Positions 22,602 to 31,867 are shown, counted from the stretch's first letter. The stretch: 38,977 bases of DNA from Eubacteriales bacterium (GCA_045576575.1 JAZNGR010000062.1:1-38977); one strand, 5' to 3'. Notes: generated from the sequence alone by a model not told the origin. Program-made: numbers and translations.

Positions 22602-23030
22602 TTATTCAATTACGCCAATATCTAAAGTAAGCTCCTCTGTCTGGGCGTTGTAAGCAGTGGTTAGTTCGTTAAAATTGACTATGCCAGCGTCGACCGTGGA
22701 GCCATCGGTCATCGTGATGATTAAGTGATTATTCGCGTTAATGGCCGCGGATCGCACGCTCAAGCCATTAGATAGATTGGCCGAAGTGGTGCCATCCCCA
22801 TCAGTAATCGTAACCGTGGCGCCATCGGCGGTTTGAGTAACTTTTGCTTTTGGTTTAATAATTTCGGCCGTGGTGGTCTCTGGGTGGCCGTCATTAGGGT
22901 TAGTCGCGGTGATAGTCACATCATCCGCCGTCTCCTCGATCTCCACGGTCGGACTGTCGCCTTTTTGCCCTTTGAGCATTACGACTTTTGCTCGATAGGG
23001 ATGGCTGTAAACTGGAAAAGATGTTGACAC
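22602..23030 (-). CDS. Tail fibre/adaptor protein (142 aa)
   Basis: It has a GTG start with a GGAGG RBS. The motif LKGQKGDSP is typical of fibre N-termini. The rest is Thr-rich beta repeats. Confidence 0.65.
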   Translation of the reverse strand: MSTSFPVYSHPYRAKVVMLKGQKGDSPTVEIEETADDVTITATNPNDGHPETTTAEIIKPKAKVTQTADGATVTITDGDGTTSANLSNGLSVRSAAINANNHLIITMTDGSTVDAGIVNFNELTTAYNAQTEELTLDIGVIE

Positions 23031-23031
23031 G

Positions 23032-23352
23032 TTAGTCCTCCTTTATTCCTTTTTTAATCGTTAGCTTGCCCCCCAAGATGGTGTAGATGTCATCATTTAG
23101 CCCAATTTGGAGGTCGTAGTAATAGATATTTGGCTCTAGCTCCGCCGTAAATTCTGGCCGCACCCTCACGCCGTAGTGAGTTTCGTCTATCTTGTAAAGT
23201 CCATCTCCTAGTGAGCGCTGGAATATATACTCTTCGTCGTTGGGGTGCGCCTTTACGCTAAAGTATGCTTCCTCTAGGTCTTGGCCTTCTAGCCCCTGGA
23301 TCTCCAATCCAAAGGCCAAGGTGTCACCGCGTGTCATTATGAAGTTTTCCAT
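23032..23352 (-). CDS. BppU-N-like small baseplate/fibre adaptor (paralog of 11076..11429)
   Basis: MENFIMTRGDTLAFGLEI... shares the TRGDT.AF start and overall pattern with the 117-aa protein at 11076..11429. Confidence 0.65.
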   Translation of the reverse strand: MENFIMTRGDTLAFGLEIQGLEGQDLEEAYFSVKAHPNDEEYIFQRSLGDGLYKIDETHYGVRVRPEFTAELEPNIYYYDLQIGLNDDIYTILGGKLTIKKGIKED

Positions 23353-23364
23353 GATTCCTCCTTC

Positions 23365-24471
23365 CTATAACCACCTTGAGTAGTTATTTATCTTAATTTG
23401 GGTGAGTTCCCCAGTCCACGTTATCGTATTAGCTCCGGGGTCTAGCTTGAGGTTGTCGTAGTTACCGTCCACGTATCTATTCATCAGCGTGTCGGGGGTG
23501 TCCTGATATGCTTCCATTATAGTCGCGTCAATAGTGAGATGGGTTAGCTCCTCCCCTAACTCTATGTTAAAAAGCTGCTGGCCGTTTAAGTTTAAGTTAA
23601 TGGTGCCGGTGCCATACACGGTGATAGTGGGGCGCGAATAATAGTTGCCATTGTTTCGGATAGTGATCGGCAGGGTTACATCACTTTGCACATCGCCCGT
23701 CATTGTAAAGTCAAGAGCGGTGCCAGCGTTCACATAAAACCAGAGGTAATTATACTGTTTTGCCACCGTGAGGGTGTCCTGGAGCGTGACGGTTCCATCG
23801 GCCAGGGTGATGTATTTGCCGCCGAAGGAATCCGCGTCAGAGGGTGCCGATCCGATCAGTCGGATAGAAGTAGCACTGGCCCCGGTGCCGCTTGTAGTCG
23901 CGGTGAGAGTATAATCGCCGGGCGCGAGGGTGCGGCCGGCAAGAGGAAGGTAGAACTCGGTCGCCTTTGTGCCGGTTCCTTTGACTGATATGTTGCCATC
24001 TTTGGCGGTGAGAGTAATCCCATTAGAGGTGGCGGTATAATCCGGTATAGAGAGTAAGTTTTCCACAGTGTCAAACGACTTTTCCAGTTCGATTGTGGAA
24101 AACTTAAATGGCTGGACGTGGAAGGCCACAGTCGCAGTCCTAAAGCGTATCAAGCGGTCAAAGTCTATCTGATTGACGATTTCATAGTGGTAATATTTAT
24201 CGGGTTCGTTGGAAAAGGTGACTACCCCTTCGCTATTGAAAAACTCAATAATGTCATCTATTTCAAAATCGCCATAAAGCCCTATTAAAACCTGCTTGTC
24301 ATACGCGGAGTAGCCAAGTTTGGTCACGATGTCACCATCCCGGCCGTCAATTTCCTCGACTTGGGTTCGTATTGCAGGCTTTGTAATAGGTGGCAGGCTT
24401 TGAATTAGCAAGCCCTTTATTTCAGTGCTGCTCTTTCCGTTTAGCTCAATTGTATTCCTATATGTGATCAT
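23365..24471 (-). CDS. Distal tail protein (Dit), extended form with inserted domain
   Basis: It lies directly after the tape measure. The N-terminus is Sipho_tail-like (ITYRNTIELNGKSS...EEIDGRDGD...YDKQVLI). An extra ~120-aa insertion suggests an 'evolved Dit'. Confidence 0.8.
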   Translation of the reverse strand: MITYRNTIELNGKSSTEIKGLLIQSLPPITKPAIRTQVEEIDGRDGDIVTKLGYSAYDKQVLIGLYGDFEIDDIIEFFNSEGVVTFSNEPDKYYHYEIVNQIDFDRLIRFRTATVAFHVQPFKFSTIELEKSFDTVENLLSIPDYTATSNGITLTAKDGNISVKGTGTKATEFYLPLAGRTLAPGDYTLTATTSGTGASATSIRLIGSAPSDADSFGGKYITLADGTVTLQDTLTVAKQYNYLWFYVNAGTALDFTMTGDVQSDVTLPITIRNNGNYYSRPTITVYGTGTINLNLNGQQLFNIELGEELTHLTIDATIMEAYQDTPDTLMNRYVDGNYDNLKLDPGANTITWTGELTQIKINNYSRWL

Positions 24472-24480
24472 CTTACACCT

Positions 24481-27400
24481 CTAATTATACACTAATTTAG
24501 TGACGGTTTTATCCACAAAGGCCCCCATCTCATCGCCGTTCATTTCAATTTTCATTTGTGATAAGGCGTCTTTGAAAGCCTCCACCATGTTCGCGTCAGA
24601 GGCCTCCTGGGCGACTTTAGACATCCGGGAGGTATTAACACTCATGTCGGCGTTTAATTCGTCAGGAAGGGCGTTTTGGAGGCCCTGGAGGGCATTTACC
24701 GACACGCCTTGTCCTAGCTCATTGTCAAGCGTGCCAAGCATGTTGCGGCCGAGATCCCGGATTTGGTCGATCACTTCGACCCCTTCTTTTTTGATTCCGA
24801 CCCCTAGACCTTCCAAGAAGTATTTACCGATTTGCTCCGTTGCTTTGGATGGCGAGTGTTCTTGTAGCGCGGCCCGCAAGCCAGATAACAGGCTGCTACC
24901 GAAGCTGGCGATCGAGCTAAAGATACTGTTTCGCTTGTTGCGGTTATCCACACCGTTTTTCACACCATCGAGGAAGTAACCACCGATCTTTGCCGCTTCC
25001 CTGGACGGTGAGTGGGCGTCGATTGAGCTTTTGAGGCTTGATTTCATGCTATCACCGAGGCCAGAGACCGAGCCGGTGATGGCGCCGCGTTTTTGGCTAT
25101 TATTCAAGCCACTAGAGACGCCATCGTCGAAGGCCTCGCCGCCGGTCACGCCAGACTGCCTCATCTTTTGCGCCTGGTTCTTCATCAGCCTGTTTAGCTC
25201 TTTGATCGCGTCCTCTGGGCTTGTCTTGCCGCTTAAAATCTTGCTGGCCAGTTCTTTCGGTATTTCCGCGCCAGCTTGTTCGGTCTTATTGAGTGCGTCC
25301 TGGAATTTGATCCAGTTGTTCATCTGCTCATTGGCCTGTTGTACCGTTACCTGGCCGGTGATGATATTGCTGGCAAGTTCGGATGGCACCGAGATTCCAG
25401 CCTTCGCCGCTTCGTTATTCGCCTTCTTAAACTCGATCCAGTTGTTCATAGCGTTGTTGGCTTCGGTAACGGTCATTTGCCCGCTTAAAATGCCATCACG
25501 GAGCGCGTTTGGCACGGCTTTACCCGCCAGCCCAGCGTCGTTAAATGATTTCTGGTAATTTAAGAGCGCTTGCACCCTTTGGAGGGCTTCATTTGGCGCC
25601 AGCTCACCGGCGGTGATTTGTTCGGCCATACTTGATGGGATCTCAAAACCGGCCTCGGTTGCTTTTTGTACAGCCGCCTGGAAGTCCAGCGAGGCCTGGA
25701 GCTGGTTGTTTGCCTCCTGCACGGTGATGGTTCCGTTCTTGACCTGTTCGGCCAGGTTGTTCGGGATGGCCGCGCCGGCGTCAGTGGCTTTTTGCTTGAG
25801 TTCGTCAAAAGTGATGGCTGCCTGCATAATTGCATTGGCTTCATCGACCGAGACTTTGCCAGTTCGGATTCCTTCGGCCAGATTTGTCGGGATGGCCCTA
25901 CCCTGGGTGATCATCTCTTGGGCCTTGGCAGAGACGTCAATAACAGTCTTGACCTGGTTCATCGCTTCTTCGATGGATAGTTTACCAGTCATGACCCCCT
26001 CGCTTATACTCTTGGGGATGTCTTGCCCGGCCAGTCCGGCTTTCTCGATGGCACTGTTAAAGTTGATTAGTTTATCCATTTGTTCGATGGATTCCGGCAC
26101 GGCATAGCGCCCGTTGTTGATTCCATCGGCCAGGGCTTGAGGAAGTTGGCGCCCGGCGGCTTTTAGCTTGTCATTTAACTTGGCCAGTGCTTGCGAGATG
26201 TCGGCCTTTTCGATGTATTCATTTGCTTTGTTGGCAGATTCCTGATATTGCTGGTCGAGATCCGAGAGGGTGTCTTTGTAGTCCTGGACTGTTTTACTCG
26301 TCTCATCCATCGCTTTTTTGGTGTCTTTTTCGTTTTTGAGGAGCTGCTTGTATTTCTGGTCGAGAGTGGAGAGATTGCTTCCTCTCTCTTTCTCATAATC
26401 CTCACGCTCTTTCACGGCCTTGTTATATTCATCCGTGGCCTTCTTGTGGTTTTCCGTCGCTTTCCCGGCTTCCCTTTCGGCGTTGGCGATTTTGGTGATT
26501 ATCTCCTCGGAGTAGGCTTGCTCGGCCTTGGCCAGCGCGAGATCCTTTTGCGCTTGGATGTTTTCGCGGAGGGCGTCAGTGGACATGTTGAGGGCGTCTT
26601 TTTCCTCATCGTATTTCAAGTTAAGATCCGGCAGCACCTTGTTTAACTGATCCACGATGTTTTTCATTTCGCGCTTTTGGGCGTTGGTCTTGTTTTCCAC
26701 GCCCTCCAGGGCTTCGAGCCGCCTCATGAGGAAGTCGGCGGAGTTCGCTTGCTCTTCTACCGCCCCCAGACTGTTTTCATAAGATTTGCGGGCCTCATCC
26801 ACACCGCTCTTGATGTCGTCAAGTGATTTCTTGAGTTCCTTGTTTTTCGTGACGACTTCGCTTTCTTTCGCCCTGGCGCTTTCCATCACCCCGGCGAGCA
26901 GGTTAAAGGCCCCCACCGCTAGGGTGATTCCGGTGACGACCATGCCGATCGGGTTAGCTCTAAAGGCCATGCTCAAGAGGTTCATAGCCGTAGTGGAGCC
27001 TTTGATCGCCGTGGTAGCGCCGCCCATGGCCGTGCCGAGCGCTGCTTGGCCGGTGGCGGCCGCCTTGGCTTCCGTCACCATGTTTAGCATGTGTTTTCCG
27101 GCGTTGCTCAAGCTGGTAGTGAAGTCATTGACCTTTTTAATAGCCATGGCCGCCAGGATGGCGCCCAGCGCCGCGACTATCGCCTGGCGGTGTTCCAGAA
27201 TCCAGTTAAAGCCGTTCGCCAACTTCTCAAGCGCTCTGCCGGCCCTCTCGCCAAAAGCGTTCCAGTCGATCTTGTCGATGGTTTTCGAGATGGAATCTAT
27301 CGCCTTGCGAATACTTGGCTCCAGCTTCTTGTAAATAGTGAGGTACACGCCCTCGATCTTGCTTTTGAGCAAGGTCATCTGGCCGCCGACATTATCGTTC

Positions 27401-28896
27401 ATGGTGTCGGCCATCCTCTGCGCGGCGCCGTTCGAGGATTCCACGGCCTTCGTCAGTTTTGCGTAGTCAGCTGGCGCGGCGTTTACAATAGCCAAAAGAC
27501 CGCTCATGGCTTCTGCACCAGCGATGGATTTTGCATATTGCGTTTGTTGCGTTTCGCTCAAGCCCGCGAATTTCTTGCGGAGATCGTCCATCACACTGCT
27601 AAAGGGTTTCATCTTCCCTTCATTGTCCGTGAGAGAGATCCCCAGCTTTTCCATCGCCTTTGCACACTCGGCCGGTGGAGCTGCCAGCCTGGTCAGTACG
27701 CTTCGAAGCGCGGTGCCGGCCTTCTCGCCTTTAATACCGGCATTGGCCATTAAACCGATCGCGACGGCGGCGTCCTCCATGTTGTAGCCCATAGCCCCGA
27801 TGATCGGCGCGGCATATTGGAAGGTTTGGCCCATCATCGCCACGTTAGTGTTGGCATTGGAGCTGGCGGCAGCCATAACATCCGCGAGCTTGCCCGCGTC
27901 GCCGGCGCTATACCCCATCGCGGTGAGGGCGTCGGTCACGATGTCGGAGGTGGTGGCAAGATCTTCACCAGAGGCCGCGGCAAGGTTCATGATCCCTTCT
28001 ATACCATTCAGCATGTCCTCGGTTTTCCAGCCGGCCATCGCCATATAGTTAAAGGCTTCGGCGCTTTCGGTGGCCGAGAATTTGGTTTTCTCGCCCATCT
28101 CTTTCGCTTTATCAGTGAGGGCGGTCAGTTCGTCACCGGTGGCGCCACTCACCGCTGCCACTTTACTCATGGCGCTATCGAAGTCCATGCCGGCCTGCAC
28201 CATGTTTGTCGCCAGGTTTTTGAGGCCGTCAGCGGCGCGGCGGATCACATCCGCGGCCAGGTTGGCCAGCACGCCTTTCATGACCGTGAAGCCATCCTGG
28301 GCGGCTGCTTTTGCCGCTTCGCCGGATTTCTTGGTAGCGTCGGCCAGGCCATCCTCGGCCTTCCTGTTTTCTTCGAGCTGCCCCTCTACCCTGTCAAGCT
28401 GGACTTGGTATTTGTTGCTCTCTGCGACCGCCTTGTTTAACTCGATGTTTTTCTCGGAGAGTGATTTTTTGTTATAGTCCTCGGCTTCGGCGCTATCTTT
28501 TAGCTCTTTTTCGAGTTTATCGACTACTTTGGCCTGCTCTTGGTACTCTTTGGAGGTAGTGCCGAGCGTCCGGCCAATTTCCTCCAGCTTGGCCTTTTGT
28601 TCGTCGTATTCTTTTTGGAGTTTATTGTGGGCGGTGGTTTGTTCCTGGGTACGCCTTGCAAAATCGTTGTACTGATCCGTGAGGGTCTTTACTTTGCTTT
28701 TGGCAACATCGAGGGTTTTGTTGAGGGATTCCTGTTTTTTCTGGAGCGCAGCGGTAGAGGTGTCGTTTCGATCAAAAGCAGAGGTCTGGGCCTTCATCTC
28801 GGTGGTGACTTCTTTAAGTCGTTGCCCGATCTGTTTAAGGTCGTTTTTATACTCGGTTGCGCCGACTAATTTTACGCTTCCGCCGAAACCAGCCAT
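24481..28896 (-). CDS. Tail tape measure protein (TP901-family core)
   Basis: It is 1471 aa with an N-terminal coiled coil. The core region is FDSAMSKVAAVSGATGDEL...GQTFQYAAPIIGAMGY...GEKAGTALRSVLTRL. TM-like helices and tandem repeats are present. Confidence 0.95.
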   Translation of the reverse strand: MAGFGGSVKLVGATEYKNDLKQIGQRLKEVTTEMKAQTSAFDRNDTSTAALQKKQESLNKTLDVAKSKVKTLTDQYNDFARRTQEQTTAHNKLQKEYDEQKAKLEEIGRTLGTTSKEYQEQAKVVDKLEKELKDSAEAEDYNKKSLSEKNIELNKAVAESNKYQVQLDRVEGQLEENRKAEDGLADATKKSGEAAKAAAQDGFTVMKGVLANLAADVIRRAADGLKNLATNMVQAGMDFDSAMSKVAAVSGATGDELTALTDKAKEMGEKTKFSATESAEAFNYMAMAGWKTEDMLNGIEGIMNLAAASGEDLATTSDIVTDALTAMGYSAGDAGKLADVMAAASSNANTNVAMMGQTFQYAAPIIGAMGYNMEDAAVAIGLMANAGIKGEKAGTALRSVLTRLAAPPAECAKAMEKLGISLTDNEGKMKPFSSVMDDLRKKFAGLSETQQTQYAKSIAGAEAMSGLLAIVNAAPADYAKLTKAVESSNGAAQRMADTMNDNVGGQMTLLKSKIEGVYLTIYKKLEPSIRKAIDSISKTIDKIDWNAFGERAGRALEKLANGFNWILEHRQAIVAALGAILAAMAIKKVNDFTTSLSNAGKHMLNMVTEAKAAATGQAALGTAMGGATTAIKGSTTAMNLLSMAFRANPIGMVVTGITLAVGAFNLLAGVMESARAKESEVVTKNKELKKSLDDIKSGVDEARKSYENSLGAVEEQANSADFLMRRLEALEGVENKTNAQKREMKNIVDQLNKVLPDLNLKYDEEKDALNMSTDALRENIQAQKDLALAKAEQAYSEEIITKIANAEREAGKATENHKKATDEYNKAVKEREDYEKERGSNLSTLDQKYKQLLKNEKDTKKAMDETSKTVQDYKDTLSDLDQQYQESANKANEYIEKADISQALAKLNDKLKAAGRQLPQALADGINNGRYAVPESIEQMDKLINFNSAIEKAGLAGQDIPKSISEGVMTGKLSIEEAMNQVKTVIDVSAKAQEMITQGRAIPTNLAEGIRTGKVSVDEANAIMQAAITFDELKQKATDAGAAIPNNLAEQVKNGTITVQEANNQLQASLDFQAAVQKATEAGFEIPSSMAEQITAGELAPNEALQRVQALLNYQKSFNDAGLAGKAVPNALRDGILSGQMTVTEANNAMNNWIEFKKANNEAAKAGISVPSELASNIITGQVTVQQANEQMNNWIKFQDALNKTEQAGAEIPKELASKILSGKTSPEDAIKELNRLMKNQAQKMRQSGVTGGEAFDDGVSSGLNNSQKRGAITGSVSGLGDSMKSSLKSSIDAHSPSREAAKIGGYFLDGVKNGVDNRNKRNSIFSSIASFGSSLLSGLRAALQEHSPSKATEQIGKYFLEGLGVGIKKEGVEVIDQIRDLGRNMLGTLDNELGQGVSVNALQGLQNALPDELNADMSVNTSRMSKVAQEASDANMVEAFKDALSQMKIEMNGDEMGAFVDKTVTKLVYN
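25190..26075 (-). repeat. About 8 tandem ~37-aa repeats inside the tape measure
   Basis: The unit pattern is AG..IP..LA..I..G...V.EAN..M...I.F. Examples are GRAIPTNLAEGIRTGKVSVDEANAIMQAAITF, GAAIPNNLAEQVKNGTITVQEANNQLQASLDF and GISVPSELASNIITGQVTVQQANEQMNNWIKF. Confidence 0.75.
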
Positions 28897-28915
28897 CTAT
28901 TCCATCTCCTCTCTA

Positions 28916-29170
28916 TTAAAACCACTCGCCGTCATCTTTTTGCGCCTGTTCGTGGGCCTTTTTGTAGGTGGTGCCGGTCTTATACAACATCATCTCAAAA
29001 TCAAAAAGATTCTTATAGCGATCGTATAGTTTGTTAAATAATGTCAGTGTAGTTCTGCCGACTTGTTTGTATGTCATCCCCAGTCTAGTGACGCCGACGA
29101 CATAAAACCAGGAGAAGTCTATCGGCTTTGCTTCTTCTTGTTCGTCTTCGTCGGGGATGAGGCGTTTTTT
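28916..29170 (-). CDS. T-segment of tail assembly chaperone GT fusion (reached by -1 frameshift from 29119..29526)
   Basis: The -1 frame is open from the slippery site to the TAA at 28916. It encodes ...KKRLIPDEDEQEEAKPIDFSWFYVVGVTRLGMTYKQVGRTTLTLFNKLYDRYKNLFDFEMMLYKTG... Confidence 0.7.
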   Translation of the reverse strand, partial: KKRLIPDEDEQEEAKPIDFSWFYVVGVTRLGMTYKQVGRTTLTLFNKLYDRYKNLFDFEMMLYKTGTTYKKAHEQAQKDDGEWF

Positions 29171-29526
29171 GATTCTTCACCAGGTTGGGTACTGTCGCCC
29201 ATCACGGCGTTTAGCGTGTCGATGGCACGATCCATACCGAAGGCGGTCACCATCCGGCTCACCTGTTTGGTAGTGAGAGGCTGCTGCACTGGCTCGGCCG
29301 GTTCTTCGTCATTTTCGATGTCAATTCCTTCATTAATCATCTCGGTGTAAGCGAAGATTAAAGCCTTCACATGCGGCTCGCCATCGGCGTTATCTTTGCC
29401 TTCGATTAAATCACACCATTTGCTAAAGGTGCCGTATTCGTCTTGGATCGCCTGTAACACGACCAGATCGAACACCAGTTTATAATCTTTGCCTTTATAA
29501 TTGAGCGTTCCACTAATATCTTTCAT
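29119..29526 (-). CDS. Tail assembly chaperone (G-like)
   Basis: It is a 135-aa ORF between the major tail protein and the tape measure. The C-terminus is acidic or low-complexity. Confidence 0.85.
   Translation of the reverse strand: MKDISGTLNYKGKDYKLVFDLVVLQAIQDEYGTFSKWCDLIEGKDNADGEPHVKALIFAYTEMINEGIDIENDEEPAEPVQQPLTTKQVSRMVTAFGMDRAIDTLNAVMGDSTQPGEESKNASSPTKTNKKKQSR
29164..29170 (-). promoter_or_regulatory. Programmed -1 ribosomal frameshift slippery heptamer A_AAA_AAC
   Basis: The minus strand reads TCA AAA AAC in the G frame. This is the canonical X_XXY_YYZ pattern, in the conserved position near the 3' end of the chaperone gene. Confidence 0.7.
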
Positions 29527-29589
29527 CTCATCTAGCTCCTATGTATTAAGTTGAATAAGGTTAAGCAGGCGGGTTACCCCGCCATGCTT

Positions 29590-30144
29590 TTACGCTGCTG
29601 CCAGCAAGCCTTCAAGATAGGTGATCGCCTCTGCTTTGGTAGTGAAGGTCTTGGTCTTTGACCAGTCACCACTTGCAAGAGCCGCGACCGCGCCCTCGAT
29701 CTCGTAGGTGCCGAACTCCACGGAATCACCTTTGGTGTTGTTTTCCTGGGATGGTTCGCTAAATTTGACTTTGTGCAAAAATTCGACCTTGTACTTGATC
29801 ACGTTGTCGACCATCTTGGTCACGACGCGGCCGAGGCCAACATAAGGCGCGACATCGTTTGCGTTACGCACCATCTCGCCCTGCTCATCGACGGTGTGGC
29901 CGAGAAGATCCGCCATCGTGGTGTCGTCATCGCGGTCAATCCCCATCGTGACGGTGCCGCCTGCGAAGCTGGTGTCGCTTTCGGCAAGGGCGTCATCCGC
30001 AAAAAGGGAAGCGTCGTTGTTCTCGACTTCCACGTTACAGCTCACCGCTTTACCTGGGGTTTTTGCGCCGCCGTAGGTAGGGGTGCCATCCACGCCTTCG
30101 GTCAAGATACCGTAGCGAAAATTATTCAAACCGATTTTAGCCAT
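29590..30144 (-). CDS. Major tail protein (phi13-like family)
   Basis: It is 184 aa, with MAKIGLNNFRYGILTEG...TYGGAKTPGKAVS typical of this family. It lies upstream of the chaperone. Confidence 0.9.
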   Translation of the reverse strand: MAKIGLNNFRYGILTEGVDGTPTYGGAKTPGKAVSCNVEVENNDASLFADDALAESDTSFAGGTVTMGIDRDDDTTMADLLGHTVDEQGEMVRNANDVAPYVGLGRVVTKMVDNVIKYKVEFLHKVKFSEPSQENNTKGDSVEFGTYEIEGAVAALASGDWSKTKTFTTKAEAITYLEGLLAAA

Positions 30145-30496
30145 TGTTTGTACTCCTTTCTATGCTAAAACATAAGGTTTTGTGATAGTAGCCGGTGTCA
30201 TCCTCGAAGAGATCCCCGGAGGATCTGGGCGGCTGCCATCTGAAACCGTTGGTTGTTAATATCTCTTTTATTTTTTCCAAAATTTGTGTGTAGTTCCCTT
30301 TTGAGTATATATCAAAATCGTAAAATTCGACATAGTTCGCAAGGTTGTCGTCAGTGCTAAAAGTGTCGTCAGCGTCAGTCTGCTGGTATGTAACATAGGT
30401 GGTTTTTTTGCCATCATATCGCAGAAAAGCGACCGGCACTTTCACACCGTCGACCGTAAAATCTGTAAAGATTTCCTCGATCAAACTGTTAATCAT
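30137..30496 (-). CDS. Tail-completion / tail terminator-like protein
   Basis: It is 119 aa, between the gp10-like protein and the major tail protein, with overlapping start and stop codons. Confidence 0.7.
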   Translation of the reverse strand: MINSLIEEIFTDFTVDGVKVPVAFLRYDGKKTTYVTYQQTDADDTFSTDDNLANYVEFYDFDIYSKGNYTQILEKIKEILTTNGFRWQPPRSSGDLFEDDTGYYHKTLCFSIERSTNNG

Positions 30497-30923
30497 CTAG
30501 CAGTCCTCCGCTTAATCTTTTTTGCTCCGCCAACATCACCTTTTGCACGGCCGATTTACTGAACGACTTTCTCAAAAAGGGTTGCTTGCGCACTTTGCTG
30601 GAGCCGAACTCGAATACGTTGGCCACCAGCGGCGCCGGCGTCATCTTTCCTAGGTGGTTCCGAAAGTAGCCATAAAAGGCCACCTTCGTGTTTATGCCAT
30701 CATCCGTGGGGGTTTTATAGACCTTCGTGACGCGCAAACAGTTCATAATCGCGCTCCCACGGAAGCTGGCCGGCACGCTGGATCGAATCCGGCTCTCCAC
30801 CTCTCGCGCGCCAGCCTGGGTCATGCCGCCGAGAATATCATCGGCGTTACCTTCGATTTTCTCGATCTCGGCCATGACGTCGGTTGGCAGTTCGATGGTG
30901 AGAGTTTTACTGGCTCTTCCCAT
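30489..30923 (-). CDS. HK97 gp10-family head-tail joining protein
   Basis: It is 144 aa in the syntenic position. The pattern is ...MTQAGAREVESRIRSSVP...FEFGSSKVRKQPFLRKSF. Confidence 0.75.
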   Translation of the reverse strand: MGRASKTLTIELPTDVMAEIEKIEGNADDILGGMTQAGAREVESRIRSSVPASFRGSAIMNCLRVTKVYKTPTDDGINTKVAFYGYFRNHLGKMTPAPLVANVFEFGSSKVRKQPFLRKSFSKSAVQKVMLAEQKRLSGGLLDD

Positions 30924-31279
30924 TATTTCAGCACCTCCTTGGCTTGCATTTCCAGCTCCACGCTGTTTTCGTCAATATTATTCAAATACTCGACGGTGTA
31001 GCTTTTGCCGGCGAAGTCGATCCGGAGATCCCGGTTTGAATCATCGGCGTTGTAATAGGCCTCCACCACCGTTTTTGAATATCGGATCGTGAAGTTGGTG
31101 TAAGCCTTCTCGAAGTCACTGTTATTCGCGATGAGAGTAAAGCCCTTGGTGGTCTTGACCGCGGCATAGGCTTTCAAGATCTCTTGCTTGGTCTCTTTTT
31201 GAAAGCCTTGCTCGTCGCGGGTCTGCACAAGCTGGTATATGGTGATCCGCTTGTTATACTTGCCAGCGTTAAGCACCAT
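30923..31279 (-). CDS. Head closure / head-tail adaptor protein
   Basis: It is 118 aa. NAGKYNKRITIYQ...DEQG...W is typical of the Phage_H_T_join family. Confidence 0.8.
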   Translation of the reverse strand: MVLNAGKYNKRITIYQLVQTRDEQGFQKETKQEILKAYAAVKTTKGFTLIANNSDFEKAYTNFTIRYSKTVVEAYYNADDSNRDLRIDFAGKSYTVEYLNNIDENSVELEMQAKEVLK

Positions 31280-31281
31280 TT

Positions 31282-31599
31282 TTAATCCTCCGCCTCTGGC
31301 AAGAGGTTTACAGAGTGCATACCCAGGATGGTCTCCACCACCTTGTTAAGGTTCGTTTTGTCGACATATAGGGCGCGATTATCCCACATGTCTTGACAGA
31401 GGATGAACACCACGATCACGAAGTCGGCATAGTCGTCCAGCTCTTCTTCGGTGCGTCCGGTGTAGTTCATGATAAATGACTTGGCCACCTTGAGCAGAGT
31501 TTCGAGCGTGTTTGTATCACCATCCTCGACTTCATCCAGCCGGATGTAGGCGGCCACGTCATCGGTGGTGATGTCGCTAACTTTGTTAATGGCATTCAT
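31282..31599 (-). CDS. gp6-like head-tail connector protein
   Basis: It is 105 aa. ITTDDVAAYIRLDEVEDGDTNTLETLLKVAKSFIMNYTGR is typical of the Phage_connect_1 family. Confidence 0.8.
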   Translation of the reverse strand: MNAINKVSDITTDDVAAYIRLDEVEDGDTNTLETLLKVAKSFIMNYTGRTEEELDDYADFVIVVFILCQDMWDNRALYVDKTNLNKVVETILGMHSVNLLPEAED

Positions 31600-31615
31600 C
31601 TTCTATCTCCCCTTT

Positions 31616-31867
31616 TTACTTGCTTTTCTTTGTGGACTTTTCCACAGGCTCTTCCTCTTTGGCCTCGGACTTTTCCACAGTGTTTTCCACCGCTTCCTCC
31701 GCTGCCTTTGCGGCTTCCACCTCTTTTTTGGCTTTCTCGGCCTTAACCTCGACGACGTGGCCGGCCTTGATCAAGTCTTTGGCGATTTCCTTGTCCACAA
31801 TCTCGCGGACTTCACCAACCCCCATCGAGATCACGCCTGCGAAGCTAGTAAGTGCTTTAACTAACAT
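31616..31867 (-). CDS. Small head-module protein with Lys/Glu-rich tail (83 aa)
   Basis: It is an ORF directly after the capsid gene. The C-terminus is EEAVENTVEKSEAKEEEPVEKSTKKSK. Confidence 0.65.
   Translation of the reverse strand: MLVKALTSFAGVISMGVGEVREIVDKEIAKDLIKAGHVVEVKAEKAKKEVEAAKAAEEAVENTVEKSEAKEEEPVEKSTKKSK

Noticed and set aside
24509-24517. Perfect consensus DnaA box TTATCCACA near the 3' end of the tape measure gene
   Set aside because: It is a single isolated copy inside coding sequence. One occurrence of a 9-mer is about chance level (expected ~0.3), unlike the clustered TTTTCCACA copies.
24500-28477. Many long plus-strand ORFs (100-220 aa) opposite the tape measure gene, with similar plus-strand ORFs opposite capsid, portal and fibre genes
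   Set aside because: These are antisense shadow ORFs of long minus-strand genes. They have low-complexity Ala/Ser/Leu/Phe-rich translations, no RBS and no synteny logic.
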